Source of the DNA: Rhodospirillaceae bacterium
GTDB taxonomy: Bacteria > Pseudomonadota > Alphaproteobacteria > MPNO01 > UBA2964
Reading direction: 5' to 3'
DNA length: 64,000 nt
Assembly: GCA_038146865.1 (NCBI GenBank)
Contig: JAYQSL010000007.1
Span: 131,190-195,189 of the forward strand
The position numbers were made by a program, and so were the translations under genes. The notes below the pieces were generated by a model, which did not search any database, was not told the origin of the DNA, and saw only the letters and a list, made by a program, of their open reading frames with translations. Positions within the stretch are counted from its first letter, which is position 1; each line of letters starts with the position of its first letter. Positions 28,901 through 39,214 of the stretch are shown piece by piece.

Positions 28901-29350
28901 TTATTTTAGCCAGCGTTCTGAAGCTGTGTCATCTTCGGCTTTTGACTCTACCCAGTGGCTTCCAGCAGGTGTATCTTCCTTTTTCCAAAATGGAGCACCG
29001 GTCTTTAATCGGTCGATTAAGAACTGGCAGCTTTGAAGGGCGTCTTCACGATGTGCTGATGCTGTAATTACGAGCACGATTTGTTCACCCGGGGTCAATT
29101 CTCCGTATCTATGGATTACCAATACATCCTCTAACCGCCAACGCGTTCGTGCCTCTGATTCTAAACCAAAAAGAATTTTCTCGGTCATGCCGGGATAGTG
29201 TTCTAAGGTCATCGCAGTAATCTGTGACTCTTCATTGGCCCCCCTTACCAAGCCAATAAAGCTTGCAACCCCTCCTACTTCGACATTTTTTGCGCTTATC
29301 CCCCTTATTTCTTGGCCAGCATCGAAATCTTCTTTCTGAACTCGGATCAA
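28901..29350 (-). CDS. moaE: Molybdopterin synthase catalytic subunit MoaE
   Basis: MoaE family; 149 aa; lies downstream of moaD. Confidence 0.85.
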   Translation of the reverse strand: MIRVQKEDFDAGQEIRGISAKNVEVGGVASFIGLVRGANEESQITAMTLEHYPGMTEKILFGLESEARTRWRLEDVLVIHRYGELTPGEQIVLVITASAHREDALQSCQFLIDRLKTGAPFWKKEDTPAGSHWVESKAEDDTASERWLK

Positions 29351-29354
29351 AAGA

Positions 29355-29606
29355 CTAACCCCCAGTCATTGGGGGGAAGAGTGCGACTTCTTTTGATCCG
29401 TTCAAGGGGGTCGCCATGTCAGCCATTTCTTGATCTACTGCGACGCGAATAGCCTTTATATTCTCAAAAGCCGCCCGATAACCATCCCCTTGGTCCCTTA
29501 AAAATTCAATCAAATCTTCAACATTCTCGACGTCGGGAGGTAAACTGATTTCCTCTGTTCCCAGTCCAATGTTAGTTCGAACCCAACCAAAATAAAGGAT
29601 ACGCAT
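29355..29606 (-). CDS. moaD: Molybdopterin synthase sulfur-carrier subunit MoaD
   Basis: An 83-aa ubiquitin-like protein ending in GG. Confidence 0.8.
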   Translation of the reverse strand: MRILYFGWVRTNIGLGTEEISLPPDVENVEDLIEFLRDQGDGYRAAFENIKAIRVAVDQEMADMATPLNGSKEVALFPPMTGG

Positions 29607-30859
29607 TAGCTCATCTCAGAAAAGGGTATAAAATTCAAGATGGTCCCGGCCCTTATATCTGTCAACTCTTCCGGTAACTCCAAAAGGCCGGACGTGTTTG
29701 CCATGGATGAGAGTACACCTGCCCCATCCTTGTGATATTTTTCTGCTCCAAATTGACCATCGGTGCCGGACGTAATCGATGCCCGTATCCACTCTTTCCG
29801 CCCAGCTTTCTTATTGTATGAAAAAAGTGCGGGAACCCTGAAAGTTAAGGGCGCCGTATCAGCGCAGCCGGCTAATGTCAAAAGCGCAGGTCTGGCAAAT
29901 ATCATAAATGTTACAATCGCTGCGACGGGATTACCTGGCAATCCTATAAACGGTTTCTTGCCAACTTGACCTAAAGCCAGAGGCCGACCAGGTCTGATGG
30001 CTAACCGCCAAAAATAGAGATTTCCAAGCGCTTGAACGGCAGAACGCACGTGATCCTCTTCTCCCATCGAAATACCTGCAGAGGTAATTATGACATCAAA
30101 ATTAGGTTCAGCATTAGCAAGTGCTTTCTCAAGAATTTTTGGGCAATCCGGAACTATCCCTAAGTCACCGACTGTGCAACCCAGGCCTGTTAAAAGCGCT
30201 GAGATTGCATATCGATTAGAATCATAGATACATCCGCTATCGAGTGTATCTCCGATATCACGAACCTCATCACCGGTAGAAAATATTGCAACACGCAATC
30301 TCTCAAACACATTCAATTCTAATTTTGAAATGGATGCAGCATGCCCAATATGTTGCGCTTTAATTCTTTGACCAGATCGAAGTATTACAGCGCCCTTGCA
30401 CACGTCTTCTCCCGCTCGCCGACAGTTTATACCCCTCCTGATCCCCTTTGGCAGAAATACCTGGTGCCCATCATATCGACAATCCTCTTGCATTATGACC
30501 GTATCATGACCAACCGGCATTGGGGCCCCGGTGAAGATTTGCCAGGCCTCATCTTGCAATGCCGCCCTAGAAGCCGGATGGCCGGCAGCAATTCTACCTG
30601 CCACTGGGAGTGCACTGTCTTTATCTGGATTTAAACCGTCAAAACTTACCGTATAGCCGTCAACTGCCGCATTGTCATATGGTGGAACTTCCCTGGACGA
30701 TATGATGTCTTCAGCTAAAATCCTTCCAAGGGCCCTGGATAAGGGCACTTTCTCTGTCCCTTTAATGGGATGGAGGCGTTCCCGCATTATAGACAGAGCT
30801 TCCCCGGCTGTCGTAAGGGTATCTCCAAAGGCGAAGCAATTATCAATAAGTTGGGCCAT
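29606..30859 (-). CDS. moeA: Molybdopterin molybdotransferase MoeA
   Basis: MoeA N, linker and C-terminal blocks (PPYDNAAVDGY, GLPGNPVAA); 417 aa. Confidence 0.9.
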   Translation of the reverse strand: MAQLIDNCFAFGDTLTTAGEALSIMRERLHPIKGTEKVPLSRALGRILAEDIISSREVPPYDNAAVDGYTVSFDGLNPDKDSALPVAGRIAAGHPASRAALQDEAWQIFTGAPMPVGHDTVIMQEDCRYDGHQVFLPKGIRRGINCRRAGEDVCKGAVILRSGQRIKAQHIGHAASISKLELNVFERLRVAIFSTGDEVRDIGDTLDSGCIYDSNRYAISALLTGLGCTVGDLGIVPDCPKILEKALANAEPNFDVIITSAGISMGEEDHVRSAVQALGNLYFWRLAIRPGRPLALGQVGKKPFIGLPGNPVAAIVTFMIFARPALLTLAGCADTAPLTFRVPALFSYNKKAGRKEWIRASITSGTDGQFGAEKYHKDGAGVLSSMANTSGLLELPEELTDIRAGTILNFIPFSEMS

Positions 30860-30860
30860 A

Positions 30861-31382
30861 TTATCTTAGAGAACCTGATAGGTCGGTTACAGACATCGCT
30901 TGCCTTATAACGAAGTCCGCTATCCTGAAAATATCTGAAAGAAGATGAAACTCCTTGTTTAGATCCAATGGCTTGGTATCACTTGCTACTGCGATCACAG
31001 TATCATCAGTCCTCCACAAGGGTGGTTTTCCGACAGAGTCACGAAAGACTTCAAGTTTTGGGTATGGCTCATTTTTGAAGCCTTCAACCAGGACTAAATC
31101 ATTTCTTTGGAGTTTCTTTAATAACTCCCCGAGGGACGGTTCATTGTCGTTGTTGTTCTCATGCATAAGCACCCAACGTTTTGACGAGGATATAAGGACT
31201 TCGCAGGCGCCAGCCCGACGGTGTTCGAAGGAGTCTTTGCCGGGTTTATCCACGTCAAAGGTGTGATGGGCATGTTTGATTGTTGAAACCGAAAAGCCTC
31301 GCGCTTTAATTTCTGGTATTAGACTTTTAATTAGTGTGGTTTTTCCACTTCCGCTCCAACCAGTAATTCCAAAGACTTTCAT
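30861..31382 (-). CDS. mobB: Molybdopterin-guanine dinucleotide biosynthesis adaptor MobB
   Basis: P-loop VFGITGWSGSGKTTL; 173 aa. Confidence 0.85.
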   Translation of the reverse strand: MKVFGITGWSGSGKTTLIKSLIPEIKARGFSVSTIKHAHHTFDVDKPGKDSFEHRRAGACEVLISSSKRWVLMHENNNDNEPSLGELLKKLQRNDLVLVEGFKNEPYPKLEVFRDSVGKPPLWRTDDTVIAVASDTKPLDLNKEFHLLSDIFRIADFVIRQAMSVTDLSGSLR

Positions 31383-31957
31383 GGGTGTGTGTCGTCGCTA
31401 TCAATTCGGTCAATATGTTTAAGACCAGAACGAAGATAATCATAACCGGTGCATAAAGTTATGATCGCTGCTATCCACAGACACCATTCCCCTATAGCAC
31501 GTGTGGGTATGAATTCTGGACCATGTTGGCCAACGATTAAGAACCCAATGGCAACCATTTGCAAAGCGGTTTTCCATTTGGAAAGTTTAGTCACAGGGAT
31601 TCCTATAGCTACTCCGGCAAGAAACTCTCTCAAGCCAGATACAACAATCTCCCTGCACAATATGACTACCGCTGGCAGTAAGGTGCTACCTGAAATTTGT
31701 CCAAAACCCGCCAGAAGAAGTATCGTTGCTGCGACCAGCAATTTATCTGCGACAGGGTCTAGGAATTTTCCAAAAGCCGACTGTTGACTCCAGGCTCTCG
31801 CGAGGTACCCATCTAGGAAATCTGTTAATGCTGCGATCGTAAAAAGGCCGCATGCCAACCACTGACCCAGAGGTGAGTCTAAGTAGAACAAGGCAACAAT
31901 TCCCGGAATTGCTATTATCCGTCCTAGGGTTATCATATTAGGAATACTGGATAGCAT
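31379..31957 (-). CDS. pgsA: CDP-diacylglycerol--glycerol-3-phosphate 3-phosphatidyltransferase
   Basis: CDP-alcohol phosphatidyltransferase motif DFLDGYLAR...G...DPVADK. The uvrC-pgsA synteny is conserved. Confidence 0.9.
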   Translation of the reverse strand: MLSSIPNMITLGRIIAIPGIVALFYLDSPLGQWLACGLFTIAALTDFLDGYLARAWSQQSAFGKFLDPVADKLLVAATILLLAGFGQISGSTLLPAVVILCREIVVSGLREFLAGVAIGIPVTKLSKWKTALQMVAIGFLIVGQHGPEFIPTRAIGEWCLWIAAIITLCTGYDYLRSGLKHIDRIDSDDTHP

Positions 31958-32028
31958 AATATGAGTTTGTTCTAGATTTTTGCTGACTTCATATTAGAGG
32001 TATAAAACACTCAGCCAATTAAGCCAAA

Positions 32029-33927
32029 TTATCTGGTCGCATGAAAGAAATCGTATATTTTCTTTGCAAGAGAATTACTGATGCCTTTAACAGTGCCTAG
32101 GTCCGTTTCCCCTGCTTCGCCCACTGCTTTTGCTGATCCAAAGTGGTTGAGAAGGGCTTTCTTCCTAGAGCTTCCGATGCCCTCAATTTGATCCAATAGA
32201 GACTTGGTGATTTTTTTCTGTCTTCGAATTTTATGGCTCCCAATTGCAAAGCGGTGTGCTTCGTCTCTTAGCCGCTGAAGATAATATAATGCTGGATCGT
32301 CGGGTTTCATAATAAATGAAGGCTGGGTTTCGGTGTGAAATTGCTCACGTCCCGCATCTCTGTCAGGTCCTTTGGAGATCGCGACAATCGGGATCTTAAG
32401 CCTTAAATCGGCTAACACCTGGGCGACTGCTGTTAGGTGGCCTTTTCCACCATCTATTAATAAAAGATCTGGCCAATTTTTTGAAGTTAGTGAAGGGTCT
32501 TCTCTGAGGGCCCGTTTGAATCTTCGCGTTATGACCTCCTTAATCATGGCGTAATCGTCCCCTGGAGATATCCGATCATTTTTTATATTAAATTTTCGAT
32601 AGGAGGATTTTGCGAAACCCTCTGAGGTGGCGACGATCATAGCTCCCACAGGATTTTCGCCCGAAATATGACTATTATCATAAACCTCTATTCTGTTTGG
32701 AGAGGCATGTAACTGAAATTTTCTAGCTATTTGAGCCAGGATCTTCTCCTGATTCTCATTTTGTGACAGGCGTCTTGCAAGTTCTTCACGAGCATTCTCC
32801 GCGGCTCGTTTGACAAGCGTAACCCGGGGTCCACGAGATGGCTTGTATAGAGAAACTTTACGATTAGCTCTGCAAGTTAGTGCTTCCTCAAGTAGATTCT
32901 TTTCAGATGGCAACAGGTTTACCATTATTAAAGGTGGTGGGGTTTTATTGGCATAGAATTGTCCTAGGAAGGCTGAAATAATATCCTCTCTTTTTTGATT
33001 GGCAGTTCTAGATGGGAAATAAGTACGGTTGCCGAAATTTTGGCCGTTCCGAAAAAAAAATACTTGCACGCAAGATAATCCCCCCAGATTTTCTAATGCG
33101 ATGACGTCAGCGTCCCCTAAAGCGGTTATATTAATATCTTGGCGTGCCTGTATTTGGGTCAATGCATGGATACGGTCTCTCAGGGTTGCGGCCTCTTCAA
33201 AGTCTAGGTTTTCAGAAGCCTCTTCCATGCGGATAGAGAGTTTTTCTTGCAGTTTTCTTGTTTTTCCTGATAAAAATTGCTGTGCGTCTTCAACGATCGT
33301 TTTATAGTTGCGTTCGCTGATTTTTCCAACGCATGGACCAGAGCACCGTTTTATTTGGTACTGTAGACAGGTTCGGGTGCGTCCCCTGAAGACAGAGTCT
33401 GAGCAATCACGAAGTGGGAATGCTCGCTGTAAAGCGGCTAACGTTCTATTAACTGAGCCAGCCGAGGCGAAGGGGCCATAATATTCTCCGCCCTCATTTT
33501 GCGTGCCTCTATGTTTTAAGAGCTGTGGCCAATTACTTGCTGTGGTTAGACGAATATACGGAAAGGATTTGTCGTCTCTCAGCAAGATATTATATAGAGG
33601 TTTCAGCCGTTTGATCAGATTACTCTCCAGAAGCAAAGCTTCCGCTTCTGTATGTGTCTCTATGAACTCCAACTTGTGGGTTGCGGCGATCATCCGCTGT
33701 ATTCTCACGGGATGCTTACTGGGTCGAGTATATGCAGCAACTCGGCGCTTCAGGTTACGTGCTTTGCCAACGTACAGAACCGATTCGCTATCATCTATCA
33801 TTCGGTAGACGCCAGGACTTGAAGACAATGTCTTAACTGCCCTTTTGATGGTCTCAGCTCCGTTAGTGAGGTTTGGACTACCGACCTCAAGCCGAGTATT
33901 TTTCAATATTTTTTCTTTTTCTCCCAT
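32029..33927 (-). CDS. uvrC: Excinuclease ABC subunit C
   Basis: GIY-YIG (PGVYRMIDDSESVLYVGKARNLKRR), UvrBC and RNase H-like domains, and a C-terminal HhH; 632 aa. Confidence 0.95.
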   Translation of the reverse strand: MGEKEKILKNTRLEVGSPNLTNGAETIKRAVKTLSSSPGVYRMIDDSESVLYVGKARNLKRRVAAYTRPSKHPVRIQRMIAATHKLEFIETHTEAEALLLESNLIKRLKPLYNILLRDDKSFPYIRLTTASNWPQLLKHRGTQNEGGEYYGPFASAGSVNRTLAALQRAFPLRDCSDSVFRGRTRTCLQYQIKRCSGPCVGKISERNYKTIVEDAQQFLSGKTRKLQEKLSIRMEEASENLDFEEAATLRDRIHALTQIQARQDINITALGDADVIALENLGGLSCVQVFFFRNGQNFGNRTYFPSRTANQKREDIISAFLGQFYANKTPPPLIMVNLLPSEKNLLEEALTCRANRKVSLYKPSRGPRVTLVKRAAENAREELARRLSQNENQEKILAQIARKFQLHASPNRIEVYDNSHISGENPVGAMIVATSEGFAKSSYRKFNIKNDRISPGDDYAMIKEVITRRFKRALREDPSLTSKNWPDLLLIDGGKGHLTAVAQVLADLRLKIPIVAISKGPDRDAGREQFHTETQPSFIMKPDDPALYYLQRLRDEAHRFAIGSHKIRRQKKITKSLLDQIEGIGSSRKKALLNHFGSAKAVGEAGETDLGTVKGISNSLAKKIYDFFHATR

Positions 33928-34152
33928 GCGTTGGGCGCCACTGTTTTTGAGTAATTAATGATTGCCTAAAATTTAGCATCGGTTATTCAAAAATTCTCGT
34001 AAATTTTTTATTTAACCGGGCCTTATCGGGTGTAATGCCAGAACTCTTCTAAAACCTCGAAGAGGGTCTACGAAATTAAGGTAAACCGGGTCTGGCTTTT
34101 CTTGAGAGATAGATATCAAGGGTATTCCAGGGCTAGTTCAAAACTTTGGAGT

Positions 34153-34593
34153 TTAAGGTTGTCTTATCCTATTAATTTCTACCCCAACGCTTGCCGTTTC
34201 TTTAAAAACATCCAGTTTTTCTACGCGCACGATTACTGCACTTACTTTTTCATATGATAGGCATAGTCCAGAAATCTTCTCTGCTAATGTTTCAACCAAA
34301 TTGATGTGGCCGCCTGACACTAGCACCTTCACTGCCTCAACTATTTCTTCATAGTTAAGTACCTCCGAGATATGGTCCTTCTCTATGGGACTATTCTCAG
34401 CGACCGATATGTCTAGATTGACCCGCACTCGCTGAGGTCGCTCTTTTTCATGCTTATGAATACCAATGCGTGCCGACAAGATTAGGTCATTAATCAGCAC
34501 GTGTCTGATTGTGTGGCTTGACGACTGTGTCACCAGGTTGTGTATTTTTTTAGTACTATTCATATCAACGTTGTTAACAGATGCGAATTTCAC
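34153..34593 (-). CDS. folB: Dihydroneopterin aldolase FolB
   Basis: T-fold motifs ILSARIGIHKHEKERPQRVRVNLDI...DYEEIVE. The true start is probably at 34563. Confidence 0.75.
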   Translation of the reverse strand: MKFASVNNVDMNSTKKIHNLVTQSSSHTIRHVLINDLILSARIGIHKHEKERPQRVRVNLDISVAENSPIEKDHISEVLNYEEIVEAVKVLVSGGHINLVETLAEKISGLCLSYEKVSAVIVRVEKLDVFKETASVGVEINRIRQP

Positions 34594-35360
34594 TCTTTAG
34601 GGCATTTGGGGGCGAGTGGGTATTCCCAACCCAAATGCTGTCCGCCATCTAAAGCGATCATTTGTCCCGTCATTGACTCTGCAGACAATATAAATTCAAC
34701 CGCTTTTGCTATTTCTTCAGGAGGAGCGCCTCGTTTAAGTGGTGTACTTGCTTCTTGTTTAAGAAAATCCTCTCGGCTTTGCCTTGGAGATGGAAGGGTC
34801 GGACCAGGTCCAATTCCATTAACTCTCACGCGAGGGGCCATTGCGAGGGCTAAAGTCTGTGTTAATGACCAAAGACCTGATTTGCTGACTGAATATGAAA
34901 CAAACCAAGGGGTCGGGTTCCATACCCTTTGATCTATTATGTTAATAATGTTCCCATCCTGGCCTTGTGGAAGGTTTTTAGACAGGGCTTGTGATAGAAA
35001 AAAAGGAGCTCGCAGGTTAACTGCTAAATGGCGATCCCAGGTGTCAAAAGTCGCTGATTCTAAAGTGTCGAGTTCGAACATGGACGCGTTATTTATTAAA
35101 CAGGTTATCGGCCCGATGGCCTCTGCAGCAGCTGGGAAAAGACCGGCTATGTCACAGTCTGAATTCAGGTTTCCCCTAACAGGAACTGCTTTAATACCAT
35201 CTTTGGATAGCTGGTTCGTCAGGTGTTCGGCCTCATCCTTGGAGTTGAAGTAATGGATAGCAATATTCCATCCCATTCTAGCTAATTTTTCAGCAATTGA
35301 TCGCCCGACTCTTTGAGAGCTACCAGTAATGAGCACGTTTTTTAGGGGTTGGTCTGCCAT
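34590..35360 (-). CDS. SDR-family oxidoreductase, possibly a pteridine/dihydromonapterin reductase-like enzyme adjacent to folB
   Basis: Rossmann motif TGSSQRVGRSIA, NNAS, and a YSVSK catalytic tetrad; 256 aa. Confidence 0.75.
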   Translation of the reverse strand: MADQPLKNVLITGSSQRVGRSIAEKLARMGWNIAIHYFNSKDEAEHLTNQLSKDGIKAVPVRGNLNSDCDIAGLFPAAAEAIGPITCLINNASMFELDTLESATFDTWDRHLAVNLRAPFFLSQALSKNLPQGQDGNIINIIDQRVWNPTPWFVSYSVSKSGLWSLTQTLALAMAPRVRVNGIGPGPTLPSPRQSREDFLKQEASTPLKRGAPPEEIAKAVEFILSAESMTGQMIALDGGQHLGWEYPLAPKCPKE

Positions 35361-35527
35361 ATCATCACAATGTTTGAATCTTTCTAATTTATCAAGGTTG
35401 AAGCAGGATGCGAAAGCCTGGAACTAAGATTAGTTTTTACTCTCTGGGTTAGATATATAACTTGAGCGCACTAGGCAATGAACTATTCAGTATCGTTTGT
35501 AAGAAAAAAGTTGGAGACATTCTTTAG

Positions 35528-37636
35528 TTAACTTAGAGCTGTTTTTTTTCTTTTACCTGCGGCATTTAATCGGGCTGCTAGGCGTTTTGGCCCGATGGGT
35601 CTTTTAGGCGCTATGCCTAGGTCTACAGTTTCAAGCCTTTTGATTTCGTCCCTTAGTTGTGCAGCTTCTTCAAATTCCAGATTTGATGCTGCTTCTCTCA
35701 TTCGATCATTAAGGCTTTCAATATGTTTTGCTAGATTTTGTCCTACAAGATGTTTCGAGTCTGTATCCGCAAGGTCAACTGTAAAATGATCGTGTTCGTA
35801 AACAGACTCTAAAATATCCCCGATCTTTTTTTTGACTGTTTGCGGGGTGATGCCGTTAGTACGGTTGAAATCTTCTTGTTTTTCGCGACGCCTATTTGTC
35901 TCTTCTATGGCATATTTGAGGGACTTGGTCATAACGTCAGCGTATAAAATAACTTCACCGTCTATATTCCGGGCTGCTCGACCGATTGTTTGAATAAGAG
36001 AAGTTGCGGATCTAAGGAAGCCCTCTTTATCCGCATCCAGAATCGCCACTAGTCCGCATTCTGGAATATCCAAACCCTCTCTCAGTAGGTTAATGCCTAT
36101 AAGGATATCAAAAGCTCCCAAGCGTAAATCTCTTATGATTTCAATCCGCTCTAAGGTATCGATATCTGAATGAAGGTAGCGCACGCGGAGCCCCGCCTCC
36201 TGCATGTATTCGGTCAGATCTTCTGCCATACGTTTTGTTAGTGTTGTAACTAGGACCCGCTGGGCTTTTTTAACTCTTTCTCTGCATTCATAAAGTAAAT
36301 CATCAACTTGGGTCTCAACAGGTTTGATTATGCATTTTGGGTCTATCAGCCCAGTCGGGCGAATAACTTGCTCAACAAATATCCCGCCGGTTTGCTCCAG
36401 TTCCCAGGGCCCGGGTGTCGCTGATACAAAAATCGATTGTGGTCTCATTCCATCCCACTCTTCAAACTTTAGCGGTCGGTTGTCTATGCAAGAGGGTAAA
36501 CGGAAACCAAATTCTGAGAGTGTGGTTTTCCTATTGTAATCGCCTCGATACATTCCCCCCAACTGTGGCACTGTTACATGGCTTTCATCTACAATAAGAA
36601 GTGCGTCATCGGGGAGATATTCAAATAACGTCGGAGGCGGCAAGCCCGGGGCTCTGCCCGTCAAGTAGCGTGAATAATTCTCAATACCAGCGCAATGGCC
36701 CGCCGTTTCCATCATTTCCAGGTCAAATACGGTGCGCTGTTCTAACCGCTGCGCCTCCAACAGCTTGTTCTGCGCCCGAAGCTCCGCCAATCGTTTCTTT
36801 AGATCTATTTTTATGCTTTTTATGGCTTGCTGTAATGTTGGTCGTGGGGTGACGTAGTGGCTGTTAGGATAGATACGCACTTGGTCAAGCGCCATTGTTT
36901 TTTCACCGGTTAGGGGATCAAATTCGCTTATAGACTCCAATTCATCCCCAAAAAAAGAGAACCTCCAGGATCTATCCTCATAATGGACAGGGAATAATTC
37001 CACCAAGTCGCCTCGGACCCTGAAAGATCCGCGGTGAAAATTTTGATCGTTTCGACGATATTGAAGTTCGACGAGTCTATTGAGTAGCTGATTTCTATCC
37101 GCTATTTGCCCGACCTGCAGGAGGATAGTCATCTCCGAATAGGTTTCAACGGAGCCGATCCCATAGATACATGAGACAGACGCAACAATAATAACATCTC
37201 TCCGTTCGAGTAATGCTCGAGTCGCCGAATGACGCATTCGATCAATTTGTTCATTTATGGATGCATCTTTCTCGATATAGGTGTCGGTGCGCGGCACGTA
37301 TGCTTCCGGTTGGTAATAATCGTAATAGGAAACGAAGTACTCAACAGAATTTTTAGGAAAAAACTCCTTCATTTCCCCGTATAGTTGGGCCGCAAGAGTT
37401 TTATTAGGTGCCAATATAAGTGCCGGTCGCCCTAGCCTTTCTATTGCGTTTGCCATTGTGAAGGTTTTTCCTGATCCAGTCACACCCAGTAAAACTTGTT
37501 CTCGGTCACCCTCCTTCACACGGTCTACAATTTGTTTGATTGCATCGGGTTGGTCCCCTGCCGGTTTATAGTCAGACGATAGAGAAAATTTCACACGCCC
37601 GGCAGGGACAGGCTTTTTGTCTAAAAATTGTTTCAT
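35528..37636 (-). CDS. uvrB: Excinuclease ABC subunit B
   Basis: Helicase motifs ([12 protein letters not shown]), a beta-hairpin region, and a C-terminal UVR domain. I place the start at MKQFLD; the ORF is open to 37672. Confidence 0.95.
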   Translation of the reverse strand: MKQFLDKKPVPAGRVKFSLSSDYKPAGDQPDAIKQIVDRVKEGDREQVLLGVTGSGKTFTMANAIERLGRPALILAPNKTLAAQLYGEMKEFFPKNSVEYFVSYYDYYQPEAYVPRTDTYIEKDASINEQIDRMRHSATRALLERRDVIIVASVSCIYGIGSVETYSEMTILLQVGQIADRNQLLNRLVELQYRRNDQNFHRGSFRVRGDLVELFPVHYEDRSWRFSFFGDELESISEFDPLTGEKTMALDQVRIYPNSHYVTPRPTLQQAIKSIKIDLKKRLAELRAQNKLLEAQRLEQRTVFDLEMMETAGHCAGIENYSRYLTGRAPGLPPPTLFEYLPDDALLIVDESHVTVPQLGGMYRGDYNRKTTLSEFGFRLPSCIDNRPLKFEEWDGMRPQSIFVSATPGPWELEQTGGIFVEQVIRPTGLIDPKCIIKPVETQVDDLLYECRERVKKAQRVLVTTLTKRMAEDLTEYMQEAGLRVRYLHSDIDTLERIEIIRDLRLGAFDILIGINLLREGLDIPECGLVAILDADKEGFLRSATSLIQTIGRAARNIDGEVILYADVMTKSLKYAIEETNRRREKQEDFNRTNGITPQTVKKKIGDILESVYEHDHFTVDLADTDSKHLVGQNLAKHIESLNDRMREAASNLEFEEAAQLRDEIKRLETVDLGIAPKRPIGPKRLAARLNAAGKRKKTALS

Positions 37637-37732
37637 TTCAAAATAAAATATTATAGCCCCCGCGAGGGTCAATATGACCAGAGTATTTGTTCAAACGGAG
37701 GTTTTTTCGTGCAGGTCTCTAGTTTCCTTGTT

Positions 37733-39214
37733 TTATGAGAATAACAGGGACTTTATAACGATAGGGACTGCGGCAGATTGCAATAAAGGACTGCCAATAT
37801 CGATATAATCGAATTCTGCCAAATCAATGCTGTCGATTGATACTATCGGCTCTTTGAATAGGAGTTCCTCTCTGGCATGCCTTCCAAATATTCGTCCGAT
37901 GTCTCCTGTGGATATTAAAATGAGTGCTCTTCCTCCAGAAAGGACGGGGTTCATGCCTATTATGACGCCTTTCAAAAAAGAATTTATCCTCTCAAACGTT
38001 GCCGAACCTTCCCATTCGAAGCAAATTGCTACAGCTTGTTGGCTTGTTTCTAAACCAAAAAAAGCCAATCTCTCACGTACCATTTTAGCGACTAAATTCT
38101 CTTCAATCGGTCCTGTGCCCAACGAAAGCGCGGGTCTAATCACCGGAATGTTTCGAAGAGGCAAGCTTTCCATCGGGCTGATGAAAACCGTCGTGCCGGA
38201 TAGTTGGGAAGAGTATTGTGATGCGCCGATGACTGTGGCGCGAATACTCTCTACAGGCTCCTTGATCGTGAAATTGGTTTTGGCCAGTTTATCCCTCAAA
38301 GACGCTGCGATGATAGCCCCCATATCGGTTTGGTGGTCAGAACCATATCCATAAAAATACTCTGCGACACCCCCGGAAAAAGTAATTGCATCTATCGGAC
38401 TCCGCCAATCAAGTGGGGGAATTCGATGTAGATTTTTGATTTCATCTTCCAGTTTTTGCTGCGAAATAACCGCGAAAAGCACCTCGGTCATCTGTGAAGC
38501 AATTTTTTCTATTTTATTCTTCGATGCTTTGCTTCCGATGGAGAGATTTGCCCCAACCTTTTCGGCGAAATATTCGCCTGTCTTATCAAGTCTTCTGATT
38601 TCCCAATTTTGGTCCCAAGAAATTAGTCGGGCTCCAATTTCTAAAGCTGTAACGCCCATAATCTTACCGTTTCGGCAAATGGATATTTTTGTGGTGCCTC
38701 CCCCAATGTCGATATTCATTATGGTGGCGCCCGTTAATTGCGAATTAGTAACTGCCCCTGATCCGAATGCGGATAACGCGGCCTCCAATCGATCACCTGC
38801 GGACACCGAAACAAAATTGCCCGTCTCTAGTGAGAAAAGATCTCCAATAGCGCGAGCGTTTTTTTGCATCAACGCAACGCCGGTCATTATAACCGCTCCC
38901 GTATCTATATCTGCGGGAGAGACCCCCGCCCATCGGAATTGTTCATGTATGAATTTTCTCAGGGAATTAACGTCGATTAACTGATTTCCCGAGTAGGGTG
39001 TAAGAATGATTTCCGACTCAAAAAATACACCTCTATCCGCGACGACATATTTGCCTGCTTCTTGCTCTAGCCGTATATCCGAGATTATTAAGTGGGTGGT
39101 CGTTGAGCCGATATCGATGCCGATGCTTCTAAGATTAGTTTTTTGTTCTACTGATAGGTTGCGTGTCGGATTTGCAAAAAAAATCCGTCCAGTTAATTCA
39201 GCTTGATCACTCAT
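37733..39214 (-). CDS. EutA-family ASKHA ATPase (homolog of the ethanolamine ammonia-lyase reactivating factor)
   Basis: GIDIGSTTTHLIIS and NIDIGGGTTKISI are actin-fold phosphate loops. Blocks are collinear with E. coli EutA (AIIITGESAKTRNA / SAGPHLESVIAGHGAGA / NIDIGGGTSN). 493 aa. Confidence 0.7.
   Translation of the reverse strand: MSDQAELTGRIFFANPTRNLSVEQKTNLRSIGIDIGSTTTHLIISDIRLEQEAGKYVVADRGVFFESEIILTPYSGNQLIDVNSLRKFIHEQFRWAGVSPADIDTGAVIMTGVALMQKNARAIGDLFSLETGNFVSVSAGDRLEAALSAFGSGAVTNSQLTGATIMNIDIGGGTTKISICRNGKIMGVTALEIGARLISWDQNWEIRRLDKTGEYFAEKVGANLSIGSKASKNKIEKIASQMTEVLFAVISQQKLEDEIKNLHRIPPLDWRSPIDAITFSGGVAEYFYGYGSDHQTDMGAIIAASLRDKLAKTNFTIKEPVESIRATVIGASQYSSQLSGTTVFISPMESLPLRNIPVIRPALSLGTGPIEENLVAKMVRERLAFFGLETSQQAVAICFEWEGSATFERINSFLKGVIIGMNPVLSGGRALILISTGDIGRIFGRHAREELLFKEPIVSIDSIDLAEFDYIDIGSPLLQSAAVPIVIKSLLFS

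Noticed and set aside
35595-39206. Plus-strand ORFs of 60-182 aa inside uvrB and the EutA-like gene
   Set aside because: They are antisense to well-supported long genes and have no motif content.
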